A DNA stretch of 64,000 bases from Patescibacteria group bacterium (GTDB taxonomy: Bacteria; Patescibacteriota; Minisyncoccia; Phycocordibacterales; UBA918): NCBI GenBank assembly GCA_019752815.1, contig JAIELQ010000005.1, forward strand, positions 49,625 to 113,624, written 5' to 3'. The position numbers and the translations under genes are program-made. Position 1 is the first letter of the stretch. Every line of letters starts with the position of its first letter. Below the pieces are notes generated by a model. The model ran no database searches. It was not told where the DNA came from and saw only the letters and a program-made list of their open reading frames with translations. Shown here in pieces: positions 37,868 to 47,783 of the stretch.

Positions 37868-39631
37868 ATGCGTATGACAGCTGATGCTCGTTCTTTGGGG
37901 GTAACCGTACCTGAACAGTTTGACTTCGATTCTCAAGCGGGAATTTTGTTTGTGTTACGTGCTATTAGAGCAGCAGATTTAAGTGGTGCCGATAAAAACA
38001 GTCTTAAAGATTTAGTCTTTCTCTACAATACAGGTGGAAAAGATGAATCGGTAAAGAAAAAATTAGCTGATACTCTGAGTGTACATGGAGTTACTCCGGC
38101 TACAGTTTTACTCGAGGTGCCCAAGCAGGCTGCAGTTCCGAGAGAAGAAGCGAAACCATTAACTACTCCTGGTTTTATGGGTGGACGATTGACACCAGTA
38201 TTTCATCCACCAGTCGTAGCAACTCCTGCCGCCCCAATACCGGTTACAGCACCAGCACCTGTGTCAGTTGTACAAGTTCCTCAAGTTGATGTTCCGGTGA
38301 TACAAATTAAACCCGAAACCCAACCAAACGTTGTAGTACCTAAAGTAGAAAAAGTTACTCCTGTTGCACCAGTAGCTCCGCCAGTTCGACCAATAGTACC
38401 AGTGCCACAGCCGGTAACTCCAGTGCCAAACGTGACGCCTGAAGCAGTCAATATCGAGGTTAAAAAAGATATCCCAACACCTGTTCAGACTCCGGTTGAG
38501 GTGGCGCCTGCCTACGTCGCGAGTCGTATGGAGCGTATCCGAGTTATTAAATCTGATGTTAACGCTCGAGTAGGTAATCCGGTGAATCTTGTAGATGTCG
38601 ACAATGCGCTTGGTCGCGAATATATGAGCGCGCTGCTGGAAGCAATGAAGCTGCTCAGTAGTGCCAGTGAACAAGAGTCAACTATTGCGATGAACCGATT
38701 AGAGACAGTATACGCCCAGGTGCTGTTACTGCTTGATGCCCAGCAAAAAACCGAATCCGCTGTTGTGTCACCCGTTACGCCCCCGGCACCAGTGATGCCA
38801 GTTGTTCCAGTTACTCCCGTGCCACCAGTACTGCCGGTGGTGCCAGTTGTACCTGTAGCCCAGCCAGCAGCTCAAACACCAATGCCTGAGGTCGTAGCAC
38901 CGGTTTCAATTCCTGTGGTGTCGAGTCCGGTTGTGCCGTCTCCGGTGGTAGTACCACAGCCAGTTTTACCATCGATTGTCGAGCCCGCACTTGATGTGAT
39001 TGTTCGCAGTAAAGTATCTGATAAACCGACTACACCACCGGTAGTGAGCAATTGGGAAACGGCTGCTCATGCTCCAGTCGATATGGTTTCAAGTGTGGGG
39101 GCTACAGTCACACCGCCTGATGTAGTAATGGTAAACCGTATGAGTACTCCACCAGCGGAACCATTGCGTCCGGTAGTGTCACCAGTAGCACAGGTGTACC
39201 AGCCGGAAGTTACTCCGTCTGTAGGTGAAGTACAGCCACTGCGAGCCATCACCGAATTACCAACTGCTGACGAGGTGAGTGCGGTAGAAGCTATGAGTAG
39301 TAATCCTCTGTACACCAAAGATATTGATGCCGGTTTGGATCAATTGCTCAGTGAGTGGGCAATCTTCAAAAAAAGTGGTTTGTTTGGAACGGGACCGAAA
39401 GGGCGTGAACATCCGCTCTATATCAAAATATCACCGATGCAAGTTCCACTTATCCTCTCTGGTCGTTTTGAAGGTTCGACCCAGGAAATTAAACAAAGTA
39501 TTACTGATTACATGAATGGTTGGCGGTATGAACAGGGAATTGTGTACGAACCAAACGAAACGTTTGATCAGTATCTCAGACGCGTTATCAGGCATATCTT
39601 AGATTTGCAGAAAACAAAACGTCGTTCATAA
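37868..39631 (+). CDS. Pro/Val-rich repetitive protein with a conserved C-terminal globular domain (587 aa)
   Basis: Central PV-rich repeats (PVTPVPNVTPEAV, PVMPVVPVTPVPPVLPVVPVVPVAQP). C-terminal domain ..LYTKDIDAGLDQLLSEWAIFKKSGLFGTGPKGREHPLYIKI.. Confidence 0.55.
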   Translation: MRMTADARSLGVTVPEQFDFDSQAGILFVLRAIRAADLSGADKNSLKDLVFLYNTGGKDESVKKKLADTLSVHGVTPATVLLEVPKQAAVPREEAKPLTTPGFMGGRLTPVFHPPVVATPAAPIPVTAPAPVSVVQVPQVDVPVIQIKPETQPNVVVPKVEKVTPVAPVAPPVRPIVPVPQPVTPVPNVTPEAVNIEVKKDIPTPVQTPVEVAPAYVASRMERIRVIKSDVNARVGNPVNLVDVDNALGREYMSALLEAMKLLSSASEQESTIAMNRLETVYAQVLLLLDAQQKTESAVVSPVTPPAPVMPVVPVTPVPPVLPVVPVVPVAQPAAQTPMPEVVAPVSIPVVSSPVVPSPVVVPQPVLPSIVEPALDVIVRSKVSDKPTTPPVVSNWETAAHAPVDMVSSVGATVTPPDVVMVNRMSTPPAEPLRPVVSPVAQVYQPEVTPSVGEVQPLRAITELPTADEVSAVEAMSSNPLYTKDIDAGLDQLLSEWAIFKKSGLFGTGPKGREHPLYIKISPMQVPLILSGRFEGSTQEIKQSITDYMNGWRYEQGIVYEPNETFDQYLRRVIRHILDLQKTKRRS

Positions 39632-39639
39632 TAGACAGC

Positions 39640-40257
39640 ATGCACAACCACCATGCTGTTTTATTATTGAGTGACTCTTATGCCCAAAGTGGTTATGCGC
39701 CTACTTCAGACAAGGAAAAAATAGAGATTGAAATCAATACCTTTGATACGTTAGCTATTTCTGATGTACGCAAGATTATTCAATCGGCCTTTGTAAAACC
39801 GCTTGCAGCTGAGGTAAAAATTGTGGTCATTGAAGCCAAGGGGATAGCTCGCGAAGCACAACAGGCACTTTTGAAAATATTTGAAGAACCACCGCTCACC
39901 ACAAAGTTTATTTTGGTGCTGCCGGGTATAGAGGGGTTGCTCCCAACGGTACTCTCGCGTGTCAGTGTGCCATTTGGGTATTCGCTGGCGGCGCGAACTA
40001 CCAATCCTTTTTTTACGATTTTTCAATCAAGTTCCTATGCTGGCCGACTTGAGTGTATTGCCAGAATTACCAAAGATAAAGATAGTGATCAAATTGAGCT
40101 ATTACGCTCGGGAGTACTGTGGCTTTTGTCACAAACACCACTACCTCCGCATGCAGCACAGTTAGCATATTGCGTAGATACTATGAATGTACGTGGCGCC
40201 TCAAAAAAAATGTTGCTTGAAGAAATTGCTTTGCTTTTGCCTGTACAGGTTAACTAG
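39640..40257 (+). CDS. holB: DNA polymerase III delta-prime-like subunit (truncated, 205 aa)
   Basis: IEAKGIAREAQQALLKIFEEPP matches the NALLKtLEEPP motif of clamp-loader delta-prime. Lacks the N-terminal Walker region. Confidence 0.6.
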   Translation: MHNHHAVLLLSDSYAQSGYAPTSDKEKIEIEINTFDTLAISDVRKIIQSAFVKPLAAEVKIVVIEAKGIAREAQQALLKIFEEPPLTTKFILVLPGIEGLLPTVLSRVSVPFGYSLAARTTNPFFTIFQSSSYAGRLECIARITKDKDSDQIELLRSGVLWLLSQTPLPPHAAQLAYCVDTMNVRGASKKMLLEEIALLLPVQVN

Positions 40258-40307
40258 TGCTATACTCTGTTAAATAGTGGGATAATTAATATAATGAGTA
40301 AGAAATT

Positions 40308-40850
40308 ATGGATAACGGATACGAAAAAAGACTAAAAGAGGTAATCGAATTTTTACAAAAAGAATTTGTGGCAATTAGGACCGGACAAGCGACTCCGGCG
40401 CTCTTGGATAGTGTAAAGGTAGAAAGTTATGGCACGTATATGCCCATCCAGCAAATAGGTTCAATTGGCGTTGAAGATGCGCGCACCCTCCGTATTTCTA
40501 CCTGGGACACAACGCAGATTCCAGCCATTGAACGAGCAATTCGCGATTCGGATTTAGGGGTTTCTGTCTCTTCTGATTCAGCTGGCCTGCGAGTTATTTT
40601 CCCTGATTTAACCGCCGAACGTAGGACTCAGATTATAAAGATAGCTAAAAGTAAACTCGAAGACGCACGTGTGTCAGTTCGGGCCGTGCGTGATGACGCC
40701 ATGAAGGAGATTGAAACTGCCCTTAAAGCTGGAGATATTAGTGAAGACGAAAAACATACCAAGCGTGAACAAGTACAGAAAAATGTAGATCTCACCAACC
40801 GTACCTTAGAAGCTGTGTTTGAGAAGAAGGAAGAGGAAATTTCCCACTAG
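40308..40850 (+). CDS. frr: Ribosome recycling factor
   Basis: 180 aa. FVAIRTGQATPALLDSVKVESYG...IPAIERAIRDSDLG is typical of Frr. Confidence 0.92.
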   Translation: MDNGYEKRLKEVIEFLQKEFVAIRTGQATPALLDSVKVESYGTYMPIQQIGSIGVEDARTLRISTWDTTQIPAIERAIRDSDLGVSVSSDSAGLRVIFPDLTAERRTQIIKIAKSKLEDARVSVRAVRDDAMKEIETALKAGDISEDEKHTKREQVQKNVDLTNRTLEAVFEKKEEEISH

Positions 40851-40870
40851 CCTTATTTGATATTTATATT

Positions 40871-41956
40871 ATGACTACTGTTCTCATTTTTTTAGCCGTA
40901 CTATTCGTACTTATTCTGGTACATGAGTGGGGTCATTTTATTGTGGCAAAGCTCACCCGGATGCGGGTTGATGAATTTGCCATTGGGTTTCCACCGCGAT
41001 TGTTCTCTCGTAAATATGGTGAAACTGAATACAGTTTAAATGCTTTGCCACTCGGTGGATATGTACGTATTTATGGTGAAGATCCAACAGCGGTTGAGGG
41101 TGAGGTTGCTGATAAAAGTCGAGCCTTTGGATCGCGACCAAAATGGGCCCAGGCCCTGGTATTGCTCGCTGGGGTGACCATGAACTGGATTTTTGCTTGG
41201 TTTTTGCTGGTAGTTATTATGTTAGTGGGTGTCCCAACCCAGATTACAGAAAAGGACGCAACCGACAATTCGGTAATATATATCGAAAGTGTGCTCGAGG
41301 GTTCTCCGGCAGATACCGTATTACCGCCACAATCAAAACTTATCAGGGTAGAAAGTGGTGACTCTGTGCTCAATCCAATTCTGCCGTCTACCTTTAGTGA
41401 GTTTGTGGCGAGTCGTGCGGGAGAAACAATTGATATAACGTATCAGGATGTGAATGGTGCAGAAAATACCGTGTCAGTTATTCCGCAGACCGGTGTTATA
41501 GAATCTTCACCAGAACGGGCAGCGCTTGGTGTTTCAATGTCATTAGTTGAAACTGTACAAAAACCGCTTGGTACGGCGATTGTGGATGCTGGTATACAAA
41601 CCTGGACGATGACAAAAACTATTGTGGTTGGATTTGGAAAATTAATCACTGGCCAAGTCAGTTTAAATCAAATTTCTGGCCCGGTAGGTATTGCTGGTTA
41701 TGTGGGTGATGCAGCAGCTGTTGGGGTAACAACACTGTTGTACCTTACTGCGTTTATTTCGGTAAACTTGGCTGTGATTAATTTATTACCAATTCCAGCA
41801 CTAGATGGTGGACGACTAGTATTTGTGGCCATTGAAGCGGTAACTCGTCGACCAATTCCGCCAGTGTGGGCGTCGCGAGTTAACTTGGTTGGGTTTGCGG
41901 CACTGATGTTACTTATGTTGCTAGCAACCATTAGCGATATATCCAAGTTATTTTAG
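40871..41956 (+). CDS. rseP: RIP zinc metalloprotease RseP (site-2 protease)
   Basis: HEWGHFIVAKL (HExxH) in TM1. PDZ-containing middle. LNLLPIPALDGG near the C-terminus. Confidence 0.9.
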   Translation: MTTVLIFLAVLFVLILVHEWGHFIVAKLTRMRVDEFAIGFPPRLFSRKYGETEYSLNALPLGGYVRIYGEDPTAVEGEVADKSRAFGSRPKWAQALVLLAGVTMNWIFAWFLLVVIMLVGVPTQITEKDATDNSVIYIESVLEGSPADTVLPPQSKLIRVESGDSVLNPILPSTFSEFVASRAGETIDITYQDVNGAENTVSVIPQTGVIESSPERAALGVSMSLVETVQKPLGTAIVDAGIQTWTMTKTIVVGFGKLITGQVSLNQISGPVGIAGYVGDAAAVGVTTLLYLTAFISVNLAVINLLPIPALDGGRLVFVAIEAVTRRPIPPVWASRVNLVGFAALMLLMLLATISDISKLF

Positions 41957-41984
41957 AGAAGACATCCATAAACGACACACTTCT

Positions 41985-42068
41985 TCGTTGCTGCTGCGGT
42001 ACATTTTCTTCCACCGTACAAGAAGTACGTTTCCAGAAAATGTCCTTGCGCGCCTCGAATTGTACTCG
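41985..42068 (+). repeat. Structured intergenic repeat, copy 4
   Basis: TCGTTGCTGCTGCGGTACATTTTC..hairpin CGTAC/GTACG..ATGTCCTTGCGCGCCTCGAA. Begins 29 nt after the rseP stop. Confidence 0.7.
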
Positions 42069-42237
42069 TTTCTGAATGTCTAATTGAGCATTTGCGTTTA
42101 AAACAATAAAAGGTCGCTTTGCGGCCTTTTATTGTTTTGTGCTACACTTTGAATTATGAAGATTTTTAACTCTCGCCATCTGCCCGTGGGGTAATCTCAC
42201 TACTTAATGCTGTTTTTACTATTTAAAAAAAATTAAT

Positions 42238-43494
42238 ATGCGACAATCACACCTATTCACAAAAACTCGAAAAGAAGCGCCAGCAGACGAAGTGGCTAAA
42301 AATGCCCAACTTTTAATCCGTGCTGGGTACGTTTATAAAAACATGGCTGGTGCCTATACTTTTTTGCCGTTAGGTTTAAAAGTGATTGCAAAAATTAACC
42401 AAATTATCCGTGAAGAAATGGATGCGATTGGGGGGCAAGAGCTTACAATGCCAGCATTACAGGATACTCAATTGTGGGAGAAGTCTGGTCGCTGGTCAGA
42501 TGACGTAGTCGATGTGTGGTTCAAATCAGAGTTAAAAGCCGGAGGGGTAGTTGGTTTTGGCTGGACACATGAAGAAGTGATAACAGACCTGATGCGCCAG
42601 TTTATTTCGTCCTACAAAGATTTACCAAAATTTCCGTACCAAATTCAAAAAAAGTTTCGTAATGAAATGCGCGCCAAAAGTGGCATTATGCGTACTCGTG
42701 AGTTTGATATGAAAGACATGTACTCATTTTGTGCTAGTCAAGAACAGCACGATGCATTTTATGCAGCTGCAGCTGAAGCCTACAAAAGGGTATTTGAACG
42801 GTTAGGTATAGGAGCAGAAACGTTTCAAACATTTGCATCAGGCGGGGCGTTCTGTAAATTCAGTCATGAGTTTCAAACACTGGCTGAAGCCGGAGAGGAT
42901 ATTGTATATGTGAACGAAGCAAAAGGTATAGCCGTAAACGAAGAAGTGCTTGAAGAAGCTGATTTAAGTGAGCTCGGTGTGACACGCGAAGAATTAGAAA
43001 AACGCAGTAGTATTGAAGTAGGAAATATCTTTTCACTTGGTACTAAGTTTTCTGAAGCGCTTGATTTGACGTTTACTGATGAAAACGGGGATCAAAAACC
43101 AGTCATTATGGGTAGTTACGGTATTGGCCCGGCTCGTTCAATGGGAACAATTGTTGATTTGCTATCAGACGAAAAAGGAATTGTGTGGCCGGAATCAGTG
43201 GCGCCGTTTAAAGTGCACTTAGTAGCACTTAATACTGATGACTCAGAAGTAAAAGACTTTGCCGAAGGTGTTTATGCGTCATTCAAAGATAGAGGTGTCG
43301 AAGTGTTATTTGATGATCGGGATGCGCGGGCTGGAGAAAAATTTGCCGACAGTGATTTATTGGGGATGCCGTACCGCGTGGTCGTGAGTAAAAAACTGAA
43401 AGAATCAGGACAATTTGAAGTAGTGACCCGCAAAACTGGGGAAGTACGGCTACTGTCCGAAGAGGAGTTGTTTGCTGATCTAGTGGGTGAATAA
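42238..43494 (+). CDS. proS: Prolyl-tRNA synthetase, short form lacking the editing insertion domain
   Basis: Class II aaRS motifs. The N-terminus MRQSHLFTKTRKEAPADEVAKNAQLLIRAGY is bacterial-type ProS, but the protein is only 418 aa. Confidence 0.85.
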   Translation: MRQSHLFTKTRKEAPADEVAKNAQLLIRAGYVYKNMAGAYTFLPLGLKVIAKINQIIREEMDAIGGQELTMPALQDTQLWEKSGRWSDDVVDVWFKSELKAGGVVGFGWTHEEVITDLMRQFISSYKDLPKFPYQIQKKFRNEMRAKSGIMRTREFDMKDMYSFCASQEQHDAFYAAAAEAYKRVFERLGIGAETFQTFASGGAFCKFSHEFQTLAEAGEDIVYVNEAKGIAVNEEVLEEADLSELGVTREELEKRSSIEVGNIFSLGTKFSEALDLTFTDENGDQKPVIMGSYGIGPARSMGTIVDLLSDEKGIVWPESVAPFKVHLVALNTDDSEVKDFAEGVYASFKDRGVEVLFDDRDARAGEKFADSDLLGMPYRVVVSKKLKESGQFEVVTRKTGEVRLLSEEELFADLVGE

Positions 43495-43520
43495 TTGATT
43501 TTAGTTATAACTAATGTAAC

Positions 43521-43546
43521 AAAAACAGCGATTAATCGCTGTTTTT
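43521..43546 (+). terminator. Rho-independent terminator after proS
   Basis: AAAAACAGCGATTAATCGCTGTTTTT. Confidence 0.75.
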
Positions 43547-43743
43547 TGTTTAGTTATTAAAGTAAACAGAATTATTGACCCTGTTTCAATAATCGAAAAG
43601 TACAAGGCGGCAAGGAGTAAGTGAAGAATCCGTACCTTATGTACGGTGACTGAACTTGCGACGCAGTCAACACAGTAATTTTTGATTATTGGGACAGGCG
43701 CTATTTTGGAGATAAATCTTTTTCATAGTAGAATAGGGGACTT

Positions 43744-44820
43744 ATGAGCTTATTCGGTCGCACATTTTCCAAACTGCTTAATTCTGTATCGACAGACATT
43801 GGGATTGATTTGGGTACCGCCAATACATTAATGTATGTGAAAGGTAAAGGAATCATTCTAAACGAACCAACTATTGTTGCTATCAACAAAAAAACGGGAC
43901 AACTCGTGGCAGTGGGTAATGAAGCGAGGGCGATGCAGGGGCGAACACCGACGCACATTGAAGTTGTGCGACCACTTGTTGATGGAGTAATTTCAGACTT
44001 TGAAGTGACAGAGGAAATGCTCGGCTACTTAATTGCTAAAGTTCGCAATGAGATGCGTACGTTGATTGCACCACGGGTGTTAGTAGGCGTGCCGTCAGGT
44101 ATTACTAATGTGGAAATGCGGGCAGCACGTGATGCGGCTCGTAATGCGGGAGCACGCGAAGTATTTTTGATTGAAGAACCAATGGCGGCAGCCATAGGCG
44201 CTAAGTTACCAATTGGTAAAGCAGTTGGTAGTATGATTATTGATATTGGAGGCGGCACTACTGATATTGCCGTCATTTCACTCAATGGAATTGTAGTAGC
44301 AAAAAATTTGCGCGTAGCTGGCGATCATTTAAGTGCGTCCATTTCAACGTATATTCGTGACCAATTTAAAGTGTATGTCGGTGAAAAAACAGCTGAAGAT
44401 GTGAAAATTGCCTTAGCTGCCGTTGAGCACAAAGATGGCGCCAAAGAACATGTTATCCGCGGTCGAGATGTAATGACGGGTTTGCCGCGTGAAGTAGTCA
44501 TCACCGATAGTGATGTCCGAGATGCAATTGCGCCTCAGGTAGATAGTATTGTTGAGGCGGTACGAACGGTGCTTGAAAAAACTCCTCCCGAAGTGCTGGC
44601 AGATATCATGCAACGGGGAATTCATCTCTCAGGCGGCGGCGCACTTATTCCTGGCCTGCAGTCACTTTTGGAAGAGGTACTTGAAGTGCCAGTAATCGTC
44701 GTTCCTGATCCGTTGCGTGCAGTAATTCGTGGAGCTGGTATTGTGATTGAGAACTTAGAATTTTATGAAGAAATCCTTATTGATAAAGAAGGCGAACTCT
44801 CGCCACATCTCTCTAACTAG
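43744..44820 (+). CDS. mreB: Rod shape-determining protein MreB (paralog 2)
   Basis: IGIDLGTANTLMYV..LNEPTIVA, DIGGGTTDIAVISLNGIV and IHLSGGGALI. Confidence 0.92.
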   Translation: MSLFGRTFSKLLNSVSTDIGIDLGTANTLMYVKGKGIILNEPTIVAINKKTGQLVAVGNEARAMQGRTPTHIEVVRPLVDGVISDFEVTEEMLGYLIAKVRNEMRTLIAPRVLVGVPSGITNVEMRAARDAARNAGAREVFLIEEPMAAAIGAKLPIGKAVGSMIIDIGGGTTDIAVISLNGIVVAKNLRVAGDHLSASISTYIRDQFKVYVGEKTAEDVKIALAAVEHKDGAKEHVIRGRDVMTGLPREVVITDSDVRDAIAPQVDSIVEAVRTVLEKTPPEVLADIMQRGIHLSGGGALIPGLQSLLEEVLEVPVIVVPDPLRAVIRGAGIVIENLEFYEEILIDKEGELSPHLSN

Positions 44821-45736
44821 AAAAGTTGGATTTGGAATTATCGCATTACTTATTTGTTTGGTTTTGTATTTTGTTGTACCAAAAGTAGTTACTGCCGTTG
44901 TGGCTGTTGTCTGGTATCCCTTTGATGCGGTCAGAGTGTGGGTTGCTGAATCAGGTAGTTCATTGCCACAGTATATTCGTGAACGAAAAGTATTAGTTGA
45001 CGAACTAGAAGCCTTGAAAATTAAAGTGGCCACCGAGCAGGGGACTGAAAACACCATTAAAAAATTGCAGATTGAAAATGATGAGTTGCGTGAACTTGCC
45101 GGCGCAGTGCCTGAGGCTCGGGTCCTCGCTCGAGTGATTGGTCGACCGGGAACATTACCGTACGATATTGTGATGCTCGATAGAGGTAGAACTCACGGTA
45201 TCATCGAAAACGCACCTGTGTTTTTAGGGGCAGATCAAGTGATTGGATTTGTCTCCAAGGTGAATGAAAAAACATCCTTCGTCACACTCGTGACTACTCC
45301 GGGATTTAGTTCATCGGCCTACGTGATTGGTCCAAATATTTATACCTTTGCCGAAGGTATGGGCAGTGGTATTTTACGTGTTCGGGTACCGCAAGGAATC
45401 ATGCTGCGGACGGGCGACATGGTGTTGTTGCCCGCAATCGATTCAGGTATCTACGGTGTAATTTCGTATATCGAAACATCGTCCACCCAGCCAGAACAGT
45501 ACGGTTTTGTAACTACAAATATTCCAACCCAGAGTCTCTACTATGTTTCGGTGGGTAAAGAGGGGATAGTCCCACATTCGTTTGCTGAAGCAGAGTCGCT
45601 CGTTGATACTACTCGCGAGTCTTTATTCACTGTCGATGTGCCACTGGATGTGCTGGTCACTCCGGAAACAAGTACGTCAACAGCGACAACTTCGACTTCT
45701 ACGGTGTCAAATGCGACCTCAACCTTACCACAATAA
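44765..45736 (+). CDS. mreC: Rod shape-determining protein MreC
   Basis: N-terminal TM helix, coiled coil (LEALKIKVATEQGTENTIKKLQIENDELRE), then a beta-domain. The real start is probably downstream of 44820, because the listed ORF overlaps mreB by 56 nt. Confidence 0.75.
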   Translation: MKKSLLIKKANSRHISLTRKVGFGIIALLICLVLYFVVPKVVTAVVAVVWYPFDAVRVWVAESGSSLPQYIRERKVLVDELEALKIKVATEQGTENTIKKLQIENDELRELAGAVPEARVLARVIGRPGTLPYDIVMLDRGRTHGIIENAPVFLGADQVIGFVSKVNEKTSFVTLVTTPGFSSSAYVIGPNIYTFAEGMGSGILRVRVPQGIMLRTGDMVLLPAIDSGIYGVISYIETSSTQPEQYGFVTTNIPTQSLYYVSVGKEGIVPHSFAEAESLVDTTRESLFTVDVPLDVLVTPETSTSTATTSTSTVSNATSTLPQ

Positions 45737-46008
45737 TGATCATGACAAATCGTTCTGTATTAATTCGGATCGTGACATTTCTGACACTGTGTATAGTGTG
45801 GTATTTTGATAGTGTGATAATTGCAGTACCGTTGTCAGTTTGGTATCTCTATAATTTTCGTGCGTATGAACTTGTGCTGCTCGGGCTATTTATCGATGCG
45901 TACTTCTTATCTTCTCTAGGTCTTCCATACTACACCCTCAGTTTTTTGGCGGCCGTTATTTTTATGGAGTTGCTTAAACCAAGTCTACGTAACCGAGATA
46001 TCATATGA
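45736..46008 (+). CDS. mreD: MreD-like small membrane protein
   Basis: 90-aa polytopic membrane protein between mreC and pbp2, with start and stop overlaps on both sides. Confidence 0.55.
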   Translation: MIMTNRSVLIRIVTFLTLCIVWYFDSVIIAVPLSVWYLYNFRAYELVLLGLFIDAYFLSSLGLPYYTLSFLAAVIFMELLKPSLRNRDII

Positions 46009-47711
46009 AATTTCGCTCCAATAAAAAAAAGTTTGTTGAATTAGACGAGATTTTGCTCGATGCTTCTAATTTACCGTCATTTAATACGGGTCGAATGGAG
46101 GGGCGACGGGAATTGCCGATTCGGGCCCTCAATGTCTATTTGGTGGGCATTTGTTTTACTATTATAGCAATAGCCTTTTTTGGAAAAATTTTTCAGCTGC
46201 AAGTGGTCGAAGGGGCCCGGTTTAGGACCATAAGTGATAACAACAGTGTAAACACGAACGTAATCATTGCCGAACGTGGGGTGGTATTTGATAGGCGGGG
46301 CGAACCACTCATTTGGAACGAACACGATTTTTCTAATCAGTATGATTTCCCTGTTCGTGCCTATACTGATCGGTTAGGAATTGGACAACTTATTGGCTAT
46401 GTTAGTTACCCGCAACGAGATAATAAAGGTATTTACTATCGCACTGAATATATTGGTCGTACCGGTGTTGAGAGTGCATTCGAGAGTGAGCTCCATGGTG
46501 TCAATGGTGAAAAAATTATTGAACAAGATGCCTTAGGGGCTGTTGTGGGAGAGCACGCACTGGCAGCACCTGTTGATGGTCGAGAAGTCACGTTGTCAGT
46601 GGATGCAGCACTATCTGAAGCGATGTATCAAATTATTTCAACCAGTAGTATCAGTGCAGGTTTCCGTAGTGGCGCTGGAGCTATTATGGATATTCATACC
46701 GGGGAAATTTTGGCGATGACAAGTTATCCATCTTATGATCCCGAAGTAATGGCAGATGGAGACAATACTGAACTTATTTCGCAATATAACAATGATGACC
46801 GGCTGCCGTTTTTGAATAAGGTGGTGAGTGGGGTGTATACACCGGGCTCGATTGTAAAACCATTTGTCGCGTACGCAGCATTGTCTGAAAAAATAATTGA
46901 TCCTAATAAAACCATTGTCAGTAATGGTTCAATTGTAATACCGAACCCATATAATCCGAGTAATCCATCCCGGTTTAATGACTGGCGCGCTCATGGAGCG
47001 ATGACGATGCGCGAAGCGATAGCTTTCTCATCAAACGTATACTTCTACATTATTGGTGGAGGGTTCGGAGATCAGCCGGGGCTCGGGATTACAAAAATGA
47101 GTCAGTACTATAAATTGTTTGGTATGGGTACGACAACCGGCATTAATATTGCGCAGGAGCAAGCCGGAGTTGTACCAACACCAGAATGGAAAGCAACCAC
47201 CTTTGATGATGATTGGCGTTTGGGTGATACGTACTTTACCTCAATTGGGCAGTATGGTTTTCAAACTACGCCATTACAAATGTTACGAGCGTATGGGGCT
47301 CTCGCTTCAGGCGGAACGTTAATTACCCCGCACGTGATTAAGGGAGAGGTCGGAGCTTCAGTTGACCTAAATCTTAACCCGGCACACGTTCGCATCATTC
47401 ATGAGGGGATGCGCAAAACTGTAAACTTCCCTGGTGGAACAGCGCGTGGTCTCGAACGCTCGGATGTCGCGATTGCTGCTAAGTCTGGGACTGCGGAAAT
47501 TGGTGCCGGTAACGCGTACGTAAACTCGTGGGCTGCAGGCTTTTGGCCGTATGAAGATCCCAAGTACGCCTTCATTCTTATGATGGATAAGGCACCGCGA
47601 AGTAACGCCTTGGGGGCAACGCGTATCATGGGTGGAGTCTTTGATTGGATGGCCATCAATCGTCCTGAGTATATGGGACTGTCTACCTCGAGTCCTGAAA
47701 TTACTCGGTAA
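46005..47711 (+). CDS. mrdA: Penicillin-binding protein 2 (elongasome transpeptidase)
   Basis: N-terminal TM helix. SxxK (GSIVKP), SxN (SSNVYF) and KSG/KTG (KSGTAE). Confidence 0.88.
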   Translation: MKFRSNKKKFVELDEILLDASNLPSFNTGRMEGRRELPIRALNVYLVGICFTIIAIAFFGKIFQLQVVEGARFRTISDNNSVNTNVIIAERGVVFDRRGEPLIWNEHDFSNQYDFPVRAYTDRLGIGQLIGYVSYPQRDNKGIYYRTEYIGRTGVESAFESELHGVNGEKIIEQDALGAVVGEHALAAPVDGREVTLSVDAALSEAMYQIISTSSISAGFRSGAGAIMDIHTGEILAMTSYPSYDPEVMADGDNTELISQYNNDDRLPFLNKVVSGVYTPGSIVKPFVAYAALSEKIIDPNKTIVSNGSIVIPNPYNPSNPSRFNDWRAHGAMTMREAIAFSSNVYFYIIGGGFGDQPGLGITKMSQYYKLFGMGTTTGINIAQEQAGVVPTPEWKATTFDDDWRLGDTYFTSIGQYGFQTTPLQMLRAYGALASGGTLITPHVIKGEVGASVDLNLNPAHVRIIHEGMRKTVNFPGGTARGLERSDVAIAAKSGTAEIGAGNAYVNSWAAGFWPYEDPKYAFILMMDKAPRSNALGATRIMGGVFDWMAINRPEYMGLSTSSPEITR

Positions 47712-47783
47712 TACACCCCATAAATCACTTTGTGCACAGTTTGACCACAGCGATTAAGTGCGTATAATTGTGGTAAATTAATT

